A stretch of 64,000 bases of DNA from Octopus sinensis (GCF_006345805.1 NC_043005.1:69006001-69070000), one strand, 5' to 3'. Shown: positions 11,711 to 24,570, counted from the stretch's first letter. Numbers and translations: made by a program. The notes: a model not told the origin generated them from the letters alone.

Positions 11711-12381
11711 TATGTGCCATCTTTGCTGAGAAGTAGAGCAGCCGTTGGTGAAGTCGGGCTATAAACTTTTGAATTCGGACCATAATCATTTTCAAGAGAG
11801 AGTAAAGGAGATTTGAATTGTCAGTATTTGAAGCCTCTGGGATATCATCGCATCTATCACTCCACAAATTTTCCTGCATTACACTTGGCTTCCTCTGCAT
11901 CGTTGCTTTTACTTCCTTAAACTGTGTAGCTGCTGCTTTCTTCATTATAAACTCAATATTTAGAAGCATTTTGACTGCCTTTGGCTTCTCCTCTAAGATA
12001 AGACCAATTTCTTTTGTATTATTGTCGAACTAATATTCGTGCTTTTTCACACTAAACCCAATAATGTTAGTATAAACCTCATAGATGATTCTCTCTTTGA
12101 GCGAATTCCAAATTCCATTACAGGGCAAATTACTTATCTCACATTCAAAATCAGTGTACTGACAGAATTTTAGGTTTATTAACATCGATCCGTTTAGGTA
12201 AGTTGACATTGTTTACTTGACATTATTCACACAAAATCCTGTTGTCGTCCAGTTCTCTGCACCACGCATAACTTGCAAAGCAGTAAAATCTCAGACACTA
12301 CATCTCCTATTGAGAATATAATCTATAACGTGCCATGTTTTCATACCAGCAAGTTTTCACGTCATTTTATGCTTATTTTTA

Positions 12382-12680
12382 GTTGAAGATGTGTTAAAGG
12401 AATCTCTTTGTCTTCTTTTCATTGAAATATGTACACTTCGCCAATCTCATTTTGCGGTATAATCGCCATGAATAATTCCAGTCATAGCCGGGAACCCGAT
12501 ATTGTTGATAGCCCAATATTCGCCTCGTGTGCTTCTGTGGAAATAACCTAATTTCACTCCCCACCTGACCTCATATATATATGTGTGTGTGTATAGACAT
12601 ATATACATATAGTTATAAGTATGTATATATATGTTCATCTATATACATGAATAGGCCGAGTTATTCCGATTCTCAATGGA
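12382..12680 (-). repeat. Internal fragment of the triplicated unknown segment, inserted in the RTE endonuclease frame
   Basis: Aligns to 13984-14350 (e.g. GCCGGGAACCCGA, CTGTGGAAATAACCTAA); RTE codons resume on both sides. Confidence 0.8.
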
Positions 12681-13774
12681 ATATAATATTTCAACCGGTC
12701 TCTACAAACTCCAGTAGTTGCAGTAAACTGATACTGTTGGAACTTTTAGAGGTTCCAACAAAATTTCCTCAAACACTCCAAATCTTCCAATCTGCACCAA
12801 TTCGAGCATTATAATCAGCTTAAATGGTCAGACTTTATGTAATTTTTGACTTAAGGATGGCAGATACAGAACACCATTGATGATTCCTTTAATTCTTTTG
12901 CAACTGTAGCTTAAACTTTAAGGCGGGTACTCTAAATTTTCCCCAAATTTAAGTGATATGTTGCTTGTTCCACGTGTTTTATATTTTCACATAACCGATA
13001 TCAGTGGTAGTCGGTAAGTGAATTTTGCATATTTGAAGTATAACTAGTACATACGACAAATATTGGTTTGACCCGAGTATTGCATATTTTACAACAACGA
13101 ATGCATTCATTATCTATGCATTAGGGTAGATTCGAACGTGATAATGCTGATCGCTGTTATTTTTTGTGCTTGGGAAACGTCACCTTTTAGATGATGTATG
13201 TTACTAATGCGCAATTCATTGATGCAACAGGACATTGACACACCACATTGTTATTGTATTATTTTGTGTCAACTCAGTTAAAGCTAATTGCGGACCAATG
13301 AACCAAAATGGGTATTGATGCCATATAAATTATTTGCTGATGGTGTTGATTGCTTCCAAAATGATAGTAAATCTATAAATATCGTGCGTAAAGAAAAAGC
13401 ATTGTCCACAGGGAGTAGCTATCCTTGAGTGACGAAAAATAATTGGGCTCAGGATATACACTTTGGATCTGCCAGAATGCATAGAAAAGTGAGTAAAACG
13501 TTAGATTTTGGATTCTCGCAGTTCTACACGCATATCAGGAAATATTATTGCATTTATAATTTACTGAACTAATAAACAATTTCTGAATAGCTTCAGGTAA
13601 CTTGAAAAGTTACCTGCAGCTGTTCTATAAAATTTTTTCGGTAAATTATTTAGTGCAATCGAATCAGTACTGAAGATGCAATGACGACGTAATATAACTA
13701 AATATCACTAAGTAAAAGGAGCGTGGTATTCGTGAAGCATTGTCGCATTGAATATTTCTATGGAGTTAAAACAA

Positions 13775-14350
13775 AAAGAAGTAAAGAATTTTTAAACAGT
13801 TTGGATATATTTCAAATAACAATGTCTGAAGGACGCACAATGTAACAACACACCTTTGATGCAAGTTTGATTAAGTGCCTCTCCAATGTCTAAAACCACA
13901 AACATTACGTGAATTGTCATTTGGAATTTTTTGCCTAAAGTGGTGTTGCAAATAGAGATGATATGGAAACAATTGTAACTTATGGTTAAAGATGTGTTAT
14001 AGGAATCTCTCTGTCTTCTTCTTTTCATTGAAATATATTTAAACTTCGCTAAACTCATTTTGCTGTATAATCGCCATGAAGAATGCGATGAAGAGCGAGC
14101 CGGGAACCCGACATAATTGATAGCCCAGAATTCGGCCCTTGTGGTTCTGTGGAAATAACCTAACTTTACACCCCACTTGACTTCACATATATGTGTGTGT
14201 ATAAAGACATATATATATAAATTAGAAAATTATTTTATATATATATATATACATATACATATACATATATGCATACATATAGTTATACGTATGTATATAT
14301 GTGTTCATCTATATACATATATGTGCCGAGACATTCCCATTCTCAATGGG
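13775..14350 (-). repeat. Copy B (longest) of the triplicated unknown segment
   Basis: Homologous to 2356-2600 in its left part and to 12382-12680 in its right part. Confidence 0.75.
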
Positions 14351-15769
14351 GACATAAATATGAATTTCATATATATCGTTAAATACATACATTAATTGAT
14401 ATGTGATTGAATGGTCGAAACGTGATAGTGCAGTTTATAAAATGATTTGGAAGAATAGTTGGTATTAATATAACACATTAAGAAATTAAATCTACGTATT
14501 CGATACAATTTTGTAGCTGTAATATGAAAAATGCATTAATGAAAACAATAAAGATACATAGCTCCCACATCAATAAGGCAAGTTGATTGATGTCGTTGAT
14601 AGTGATGGATGGAAAATGTTTTCTTTTGGGAAATGTTATAGACGAATGGATACAAACATTGTCACATTAATCTAACTTCTGCTTTAGCATATAGATATTA
14701 TGTAGCAATAGTTTTTAAAACATAATATTAAGAAAATAAAAACAAGTCTTGAAATATAAGTCGAAAAAGTATACAGTGACATAGAAAACTCTGGCTTACA
14801 CTTGTACAAAATATTTTCAAGACAAATTATCTAGTGTAAATGTTGACTTGAGTTATTGGTAGACAATATGGCAGTATGGAGACTATTAATATATTTAGTC
14901 TTTATGTTATTGTACAAAGTTTAAAGGTGTATATATTAACGTACTGACATTAAATAATGCATTATTTTGTAAAGGAAGTTCTGTGTATGTGCATGTTATT
15001 GAACTAGGAATAATATTGGAACACATAATACTTATAAAAATATCAACGTCTCATTTGTTAAATAATTACTACAACTATTAAAATTATATATACATATCGT
15101 TTTCTTGGGTTCATTCATTTTGAAGAAGTCGAACACACAAAATGTCTGACTAACTGAATGTGCTGAATTACAGTTTTTTACTCAGGTATAAATAGAATTT
15201 GAGGCTGTTCTTAAAATGATTTAAATCAGTCACATACGCACGATTTCAGAATTTTACCAATGTGATTTCCATCACGTCCAATAAATAATTTTATTGCGTT
15301 TCTCTGAGATTACTATGTATTTTGTTTCCAAATCAGAATCATCAAAAAGTAAAAGGAATCTCCCTAAAATCACAATATATTTTCTTAATTGATGATGTAT
15401 TGTTATACTAACAGACTGAATGATCAGAAGGGGAAGGTATTTAATTATCGGTGCTTTTTTTATGAGCGGAGACTATGAAACAAAGAATGGCACCGGTAAT
15501 AGCACGAGTAGCTAATTTTAGGTTAGGAGTACGTGGAATGTGAGATTTAATTATACGTGGCTTAGTACCAGCATAATTATTTCACCAGTTTTCGAAAATT
15601 AACTATTTAGAGACAAGTTAATGGATAACACTGGGCAGTTACATGTGACCTTATATACAATGAGAATAATTCTTGGAATGCAACTTGAGATCTTCTGTCC
15701 GCATAATCACATATGGTTGCCAAATTTGGTTGTAGCGTTTATAGTTTTATAAAGGACGAATACATACAT

Positions 15770-15824
<55 letters not shown>

Positions 15825-18409
15825 GCACTGTTCCGTGATACAAAATTCAACGAGACATGTATTCCATCAGGTAGGAGATAAAATTATTTATTTAAGGGAC
15901 ATAATAGTTGTATATAAGCGTTATCGGCATTTTCATATATTGAGAAATACTCAGACTTCTTCAGGCGCAAACCACATATTATAAACAATGAAAAAAGAAA
16001 ATGGATTAGTAGAAGAAACACGAAAAAACCTGAGAAGGCAGGTTGTAAAAAACGCAGAAAGCTTTTGACAAGTGACGTGGGAAATTCTCCCACTTAAGCC
16101 AACATCCCACTCAACATAAAAACACACATTAATGCACACACACCTCCACGCACGCACGCACTCAAGCACACACACACACGGATATACGCACATTTTTATA
16201 AATTTACTGAAGCCACGTCTAACATGTATAGTTTACTGTGTATAGAGTCTTCTATCAATATTTAAAGATACGCAACAAATCATTTCTCACTCTTAAACAT
16301 ATCTCTATAAACTTTATATAGATTTCGGCAAGTTACGAAGTTTTGTAAACTAAACATGTCCATATAAGCAATATTATAGATAGTACAAAAAATAAGTAAT
16401 GGATGTGTGCATATTTCGTTGTTATCTCCCTCTCATCAGCACCTCATCTTCACATCAATTAATCACGTAAACTTTACTGTTACCTATATTGAATTACTGG
16501 CAAGTCTACACTATTTCGTTCTGAAGCCATAATATACTACCAAGTGTATTACAGGTTTTCTACTCAATATATTGACTTACCGTGTGCAAACAGTACCACA
16601 TTTTTGCGTTTGTAGCTCTATAGTATTTAGAGCCAATACTAAATTTTTGACGTATCATAAAGAAATAGGTCTATGTAAACGAGCGGTCAAAGGTAGAAAA
16701 AACAGGTAATTAGTGTATATTCACATTTCAAGGCTTATTGATGATTCATCAGCTCCACATCCAACTCATCGGCTATCTGCGAAAGCATTGCTTAGTTGGA
16801 TGTATATCCATAAACGCACATTATCTAGTTTGTCTCCGATCGCATGGTTTACAGAGACTTATTTGTTTACGAAATGTTGTGTCGGGCCGTGCTGCCTCTA
16901 AATTCTATAGAAAATCAATAGAGTTAACATTAAGAATAAAAATATAGCGATGCAAATACATGGTAAGACAATACTGAAGTGTAAAATTGAAATAAACTTG
17001 ATAATATACTGTGGTTGCAATACGAAATGTTTTGGCTTTGGCAGCAATTAAGTTTATTTCTCGTTTTTAACTGTAAATGTTTCCAACTTTTGCTAATAAA
17101 CATTACGAATGTAATAAATTTAAAATATGCATGTTGCTAAACCCTTCCAGCTACAGTTTTGCATCTCGGGAAGGTCACTTTACTGATGTATATTGTAAAA
17201 AGTACACATATACAGAATACTTCAAACCTAGGAGAAAGACAACGACAGTTATCGATACCTTGTACTTGTTTTGTGCTTCTCAGTTTCTTATACTACATCC
17301 AACTACGAAAAACGAATCTGCCACACCCAGCCAGAAATATTTACCAAAAAGAGTGAAATTTATTTGTTAACGTTAAAAAGTGCTGCAAAAGTAGAATAAA
17401 ATTCAAATTTTGTATTACAAACAGGTCAATAAGGCAAGCATTACTAGTATCACATAATGCATATGAGTAGTTAATCGTTTTTGGCTTCGGTATTTCGTCT
17501 AAGAGAGATCCCCATTAAGACGCATAATGTTAAAAGCAGAACCATGGACGTTAACAAGAACGACATGTATCGAGAGGTTACAGTTACAAGGGTTTAACAA
17601 AACACATATATCCAATATATACTGTTGGTAATGTTTACATAGTGAGACTCTTCTAATTATAATTTCGATTGTCTTCAATAAGTAAAACATTTACCAATAC
17701 TCGTCATTTCATCATTACTGTATGATAAAATACATTTAGTATTTTGGAGATTTTAAAGCTAGTATATTTGAGGAATACATATTCTTAACGTACAAAGTAT
17801 TCGTTACCGAAACAGCAAATATTTTGTCGTGAAAAATATTTTATCAAATCGAAAGCGTATAATTAGAACGGAGCAATCGTTCAAGTGAGAAATATTTCAA
17901 AACAATCAGTATCGCGAATATATTAAGAACGTGGTATTCGCAGGATAGTAAATATTTTGGATTGAATCAAAATCAGACGAGATTGTATTTATTCTGAATT
18001 CATTTTTGTGAATGCGAGCATGAACCTGGGTGCTGCTTTTAATCAGTCTCCATATATATAAGTGGAACATGTTGAAGGTATGATGATAAGAGCAAGAGTA
18101 AATAGTGTTACATACTTATATAAAGGGAATGTTACGTAAAGATATACAGGAAATTAGTATATACTTATATGAAGAAATTCGTTTATATAATGTAATTAGG
18201 GTTCATTGAAAATGAATTGTAGACACCTCAATTTTAACTTCATTTTGAACACACCGGCCAGAAACATTACACAGATATTTACTTGGAAGAGATTTGGGCT
18301 GAGAACCCAAACGTATATCCTAAATTATCTTCCTTACCCAACAAAACAATCAGGCAATCCTTACCTATTTTTGTTATATAATGTTTTACAATATATCACG
18401 ATTATAATT

Positions 18410-18440
<31 letters not shown>

Positions 18441-20224
18441 ATACATATATATAGAAAAAATAAAACATTAGTTTAGCAACCTGAATGACATCACGTCAGT
18501 TACATAAAAGCGAGATTATGTAAGGAATTTATAAATTTTTTCCAACGTGAGAAAATAGAAAAAATACAATGTGATAAAAGCGACAAAATATTACACACAT
18601 ATTTTCCTACATAGAAACACGCAGAAAAAAATACACATATACGCACATACACATACACATACACACATACACCCACATATATACACACATGTATACGTTT
18701 ACCACGATTATTTTGTAAGCTTATTTCAATACGAATATGAAAAAATGTCTTATTATAATTACATTAACTTGTAGAATCAATATTTGTCGCAACATAATTA
18801 TCTGAATATTAAGTGTCAATTATTGATTCTAAATTGTGTAAAATATTATGGACAGCTGTAGTAGATTTCCAAACATTGCCTTTTTCTATCATAAGATGTC
18901 TGCTATTATTTTAAATGTCGCGAAAATTGAGATGTATTATATTAATATTCTGCGTAAAAATGTCCCACATGAAACGTATTTTAAATAATGAGTTGTCTAA
19001 ACAAGTCAAAAGATTCATCCTGTCTCTCGTGCTTTCCTCATATAAACAGAATACTTTGGAATCTGCACTGAAGTATTTTTCTTAGAATCACAAACGTTTG
19101 TTTTTTCCTTATATATTATTGCAGAGTTAATGATTTATATAGAGAATGATATATGGAGGATCATTTGTGAAAATTTGTGTATGATTTAACACGAGAGGGA
19201 AAAAAACATATGAGTTCTAATAAAAAGACGCGCTCTTCAGTGGAATGTAAATATGCATGAATTACGTCCTACAAATCATATGTTTCTTTTTAGAGAAGAG
19301 GCTTCCACTTCGAGGTATAAATGCAGCGGAAAAATAAAATCATGAAAATTTTGAAAAGTATATAGCAAGTATGTTGGAATACTGTTTAATATTCCACATT
19401 TGTTGATCACATCACTTAATCAGTGTTTATAAAACAGTTATGAAGCTGATATCGATCGATTAAACAATTCTAGTATAAAGTATTTCTAAATCGTCGTATT
19501 GTAAATGTATTTAAATGTTTATATCTATTTTATTCTGGCCTTTCAAAAATGTTTTATTTCATTTTTTAGACGTATTGTTGATAAAAGCTATCAAACATTT
19601 ATTGATGAATAGCTGTGAAAATTAATTTGCTTTATCGCCTTTCGGTCTTATAGGTTAGATCAAAGAAATATAAGGAATTATTATCGATATGTTTAACCAA
19701 GCGGTTGTAATAGTTGTTATATCTGTCACCAGAGGGCTCTAAGCAATATTTTAGTGAATACAAATTTGAATGTTACATTTTTTATGTGAATTTCCACAAA
19801 GTGACACAATATTTTTCAATTCGTATAAAATGCACGAAGATACTGAATAAGTGATACATAATATACTACTTTTATTAAAACGTATTTTGGATCAATAGCA
19901 TAATTTCTTCGGGGCTTTCAAACATTATAGGAATGAGAGCTATTAACCACAGATGCTACAGGTGCCAGTTTCTTTTAGCGACTGCACAATACTAATGATG
20001 CCATGAAAAATTAGCCCAAACAGGAAAAACAGAATTTTAGATTAAACATGGTAAAATATTTGAGAGAATCCGTTTAATGACAACAACGTTTCCTTGCCGC
20101 AGGAACATTTCCGGTGCACATACATACAGACAACTTATTAAATTTGATATCGATATGTATTACGAAAAATACCTTCGGATTTCCTATTCAAATAGAGACA
20201 ACTGGATAAAATAAAGATATTCGC

Positions 20225-20560
20225 TCAGTGAAAATTATTATGGCACCATTTCTTTCCGTTTGATACTGAGAATTTAGCAAAACTGAGACCGAAAATACTA
20301 GACATACATTCGCTTTTATAGTTTCGTCTAATTCTGTTTAGATAAAGAAATAAATGGTTGGACATAAAAATAAAAACTGGCAAATATGTGTCAAACCGCC
20401 ATTTCTGCAATGCAGTATGGACGGGTGTCACAAGAAAGTCTGCCAAAATGTGCCATATTATCAGTCAGTGATCTGGAAAATGGATCGGGAATTGTTAATG
20501 GCATTCCATAGTAGTAAAGGCAAATGGGATTTGAATGATTGGACATTTAAATTAAACTAA
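20225..20560 (+). pseudogene. Possible highly decayed C-type lectin-like domain
   Basis: One frame reads LWHH..ENLAKL..*..RNKWLDIK..VWTG..KMCHIISQ*SGKWIGNC*WHSIVVK, giving CTLD-like order (LA, WL, W, C-x7-GKW-x3-C) with four stops. Confidence 0.3.
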
Positions 20561-20611
20561 AAGACTAAACGATTATTTTTGGCAAGAACAGCCATAATAC
20601 TAAATATAACA

Positions 20612-20689
20612 CTAAACAACAACAACGGCATCAATAACGACGACCAACGAGGATGATGATGATAATGATGATGATGCTGATAATGATGA

Positions 20690-20769
<80 letters not shown>

Positions 20770-20786
20770 ATAATAATAATAATAAT
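20612..20786. repeat. Compound (AAC)/(GAT)/(ACT)/(AAT) trinucleotide microsatellite
   Basis: Directly visible. Confidence 0.95.
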
Positions 20787-21316
20787 GCCCTGATGCAGTA
20801 CGAGGTAGTGGCTTTCATGGCTTATTATCTCTACTGATTGGAAGTGTTATCATGTACATTGTTTTTTTCTTGGTATAAAAGATGGCCCACGGCAAATATT
20901 CTGCTCAATACCACAGATTTGCTTGTCAGTTGTTTGACCTTAACCAGTTGATCATGTCCTTTAGTGGCTGAAGATGTGTGCATCTCTGATCACGAGCAGA
21001 AGTAGTTGTGGGGCATTATGGCCCTGTGTTGAGAGGGATTCTTTGGGGTTTAAATAATTCACCTCTGGAAACATGGGTGTTTCGTTCAACATCCTTAAAC
21101 AATCCTTATTCAGGGACCTTTTGAGTGGGATGGGTTACTCGACCACAAGAAAATTCTAACTGGGCCCCAACTGCAAGGTCATGTGCTGTTTATCTTGATA
21201 TGAGATCACCATGTCGCGCACACATGGTTGTGATACTTGTGCCTAATGTACCCTTATCAGACGGGTAGTCATGATGGGTATACTGGGCTTCGTATATTTA
21301 CCCTAGTTACTCACTC
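20787..21316. mobile_element. 530-bp non-coding interspersed element bounded by (AAT)n on both sides
   Basis: GC content is higher than the flanks, there is no ORF or tRNA head, and both ends sit in AAT repeats. It resembles a repeat I recall as abundant in octopus genomes (unverified). Confidence 0.55.
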
Positions 21317-21328
21317 AATAATAATAAT

Positions 21329-21667
21329 GAAATAAAAATTGGCAAAATGTGGAACCTCATTAATAAAACAATACGTGTTCTCATAGGTGCCTTAGGAATG
21401 ATATCAAAAGGTGCTGATTCATACCTAGCCCAGATATGGCACAAATTCAACGTAAAATACTGTCTATATAATCTCAAATTTTAAAACAATCTCATAATTT
21501 TCTTATGTTTTCTTAAACATTTCATAGAACGATACTACGTGCAAAGCCAAATATATGATACCTTAGGTATACTACCCAATTAAACATCTGTCTTGTTTGT
21601 TCAGGTCTCTGGGTGAGACTTGAAGTCAACGTGTACAAGTATGTAGATGATATGACAGGTCTCTCAC
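21329..21667 (+). mobile_element. R4/Dong-like (RLE-type) non-LTR element, 3' end
   Basis: IKIGKMWNL..IRVLIGALGMISKGADSYLAQI matches the R4/Dong C-terminus (PVIIGALG..KG....L..I); followed by the shared 3' UTR motif and (AAT)n. Confidence 0.75.
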
Positions 21668-21780
21668 TTAATAATAATAATAACAATAATAATAATAATA
21701 TAATAATAATAATAATATAATAATAATAATAATAATAAGAAGAAGAAGAAGAAGAAGAAGAACAACAACAACAACAACAA
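21668..21780. repeat. (AAT)n/(AAG)n/(AAC)n compound microsatellite
   Basis: Directly visible. Confidence 0.95.
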
Positions 21781-21784
21781 TATT

Positions 21785-21930
21785 AATACCTTCTACTTTA
21801 GGCATGACATTTTTGGAGGTGGGGAGGGTGTTAGTTGCGAGCATTGACAGCATTACTTAGACTGGCACTTTATTTTGATGAGACCTGAAAAGCAAGAAAA
21901 GAAAAGTTAACAGCAGCAGAATTGAATTCC
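21785..21930 (-). mobile_element. Old SINE family B remnant
   Basis: Degenerate reverse match to the 39445 family body and tail (GACTGGCACTTTATTTT...GAAAAG...GCAGAATTGAATTCCAG). Confidence 0.5.
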
Positions 21931-21959
21931 AGCTAGAATGAAAATTCCGAACAAATACC

Positions 21960-23050
21960 GTAAATACTTTTAAATTGCGGAAGAAACAAGTTGCAGAATT
22001 TATACATGCCCCATGCTTCGGGATTCTGAATGGTGTCTTCAAAGGAGACGATTTAAAATTGCATTTTGCCATTGTAGTATTAATGAGACGTAACGTGTAA
22101 TTCCATCTAGGTGCCGCTATTTGGGAAATCCTTCTCAAACAATATTACCTTACGCATTGGCTCTTTTGGGTGATTTCATAAAAAAGGAACCGTGCGCAGT
22201 TCATTTATGGCAGCAAATAAAATACCTGCATTCTTTATAGCAAAGCATTCATGTGACAGGACTACCTGGTGAACATGAACGCAGCAATGGATAAAAGACC
22301 CAGGTTTATGTTTTCTCCTTACATTTGAATGCAACCCATTTCATTGCACTAATACTGTAACGACGCAATCACAGGCTTGTGTAATTAATTTATTTTCACA
22401 CTTCCACATAGCATTGCATTTAAATGTCTGGGTAAGGCTATTGCTAAATGGTGTGCAGTAATGTTTTTAAAACCGATGTCCTTTTTCAGCAACTCAATGT
22501 TTTGTAACATAAAAAGGCAGTCAACAGTTGTGGATTGTTCGATAGTTCGGACATTTCATCTACAAGAATTCCAACATATTTATTCTGCTTTAATTCTCTG
22601 CACATCATTTAAGATTACCTTTGAAATCGCTTCCGTTCACTCATCATTCCGTATCTCATTTGTTTGCTATTTATGAATCATGTTTACTGACTAAATGTAG
22701 ACGCTCTTTCGAATTTCCGTGTAACCGAAAGCTTCAGATTCCAAATATAACTGACACAAATATGGCAAACGAACTAAATTTATATAAGCGTAAATCAACT
22801 GCCACATAACAGTCCTATGTTGTTAAAAGTCTTCATCATTCTGTTGTCTTTTTTTATGCGCCAGTCCATGTTTGGAGACTGATAAGGGATTTTGTCAGGG
22901 ATAATGCATTTGATTTATTATGGCCAACTGTAGGTTATTTAAATCACCAGAACCATTGACATTCGAATCAATTTTCTACTTTTTGAGCTCAATAAGAATC
23001 ATGGTCAGCGGTGTAAGAGGATACCCAGTTGACTCATTTTACGTCCGTGT
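21960..23050 (-). mobile_element. hAT-superfamily (ZMYM1-like) transposase pseudogene
   Basis: Minus translation across frameshifts: KHGLA.., IRNDE*TEAISKVILNDVQRIK, KYVGILVDEMSELSNNPQL (first catalytic D), ITQACD, NGLHSNVRRK..SFIHCCVH (CxxH-like), KSPKR. Confidence 0.75.
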
Positions 23051-23797
23051 AAATTAGTATGAATATACCCAATACATTTTTCTTGGAAAGATATAAATTA
23101 GGTAATCTATGCGTCGTCTGCAATAATTATACATTATTATTTCTTTTTAAATGTGCATTTGGAAAGATTGCTTTTCAAGCCCTTCAATAACACGCATATC
23201 AATCATTTGAACACATGTATCAAATATTCAAAAGGTACTCAATAAATTAATAAATGTGGTATATCTTTTATTTTGGAACAAGCACACGTGTATTTGTGTG
23301 TCCTGCCTATGCATTGAAAGGAGTTTACTAAACCTTAGTGTTGTGTCGACGCCCCTAGACGATGAAGTAGGCTACCCGAATACGTAGATATAGAAGGAGA
23401 AGTCTAGACGTCGAGGAGTTGAGTTGAGTAGGGGTCATCCGAACGTGCTATATGACACTTAGTTTTCCTACGTGGATTAATTGGCCAACCATAGGAAGGA
23501 AAGGTTATATAAAAGTTTTTTTTTCATGTTCACGTTAAATGAAAAATAAATAAATAGAAAAAAAGAGATCTGTATCTTTACATTTGAACTTGTTTTACCC
23601 GATCTGCAAAGGTTTTGAGTATTGGTAGCTGCTAAATTTGATGAGACTGGAAGAGGTTTTGGTGAGAGTTTAAATATCCATAATTCTTAGTGAGTTTGCA
23701 TGGGTTAAACCTAAAGTGAGTCGACATCTCTTGTGAACATTTTACTATGCTTTCAGGGTGAATCCGCGAATTAACACGTCAAACAGAAACAAATAGG

Positions 23798-24185
23798 CGC
23801 ACGGTGGCTGTGTGGTAAGAAGCTTGCTTCCCACCCACGTGGTTCCACTTTCAGTCCTACTGTGTGACAACTTGGGATAGTGTGTTCTATTATAGCCTCG
23901 GGCCGACCAAAGCATTATGAGTGGATTTGGTAGACGGAAATCGAAAGAAGCCTGCCATATACATGTATGTATATCTGGTGTGTCAATGTTCGTCTCCCCC
24001 GCAATCGTTTGGCAACTGATTTTGGTGTGTTTACGTCACCGTAACTTAACGGTTCAGCAAAAGACGCCGATAGAAGTACTAGGATTACAATGAGTAAGTC
24101 CTGGAGTCGCTTTGTTCGACTAAAGGTGGTGCTCCAGGCATGGCCGCAGTCAAATGACTGAAATAAGTAAAATGATTATAGAATA
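23798..24185 (+). mobile_element. SINE family A, full length, diverged
   Basis: GGCGCACGGTGGCTGTGTGGTAAG head through GACTGAAATAAGTAAA tail. Confidence 0.9.
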
Positions 24186-24513
24186 AAAACAAATACTGTG
24201 AAGAAAACAGCGAGTGAGAGAGGGCAGAGAGATGAAACGTTCATTTCAGAAATTGCCTGCCTTCTGACGCTATTAACCAGATTGTGAACTGACGTCAGAC
24301 TGGATAAATTCGAGCTGAAACAATACCGTTGTTGTACTTAAGATGAAAGAAGATTGTCGATATATAGCTCGTGGAATTAGTTTCCATAATTTTGCTCCCA
24401 ACTAATTAACTAATTCAATCTTCATTGATTTTGACAACTTTTCTATATCCTTAATAAATGACATTTTGTACATATGTGTACTTACATCTATACTCACGTA
24501 AATCGATTCATAT

Positions 24514-24568
<55 letters not shown>

Positions 24569-24570
<2 letters not shown>

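Larger units (their letters stand above)
10010..12960 (-). mobile_element. RTE/BovB-like LINE relic (APE endonuclease to N-terminal RT), split by three insertions
   Basis: Minus-strand motifs in collinear order: ADYNARIG (about 12810), KNKHKMT..WHVIDYIL (about 12340), YGPNSK...LLSKDGT (about 11720), HFDVLLNRP (about 11390), VPQVWWDALMEILYESKG (about 11170), MDMIFAARQLQE (about 10230), FVRILRHFRDG (about 10070). Confidence 0.88.

Noticed and set aside
14395-14425. TTGATATGTGATTGAATGGTCGAAACGTG, hammerhead-like
   Set aside because: The core and stem II are too degenerate.
16750-16880. Cys-spaced minus-strand peptide resembling a piggyBac C-terminal domain
   Set aside because: Too short and degenerate; no DDD core nearby.
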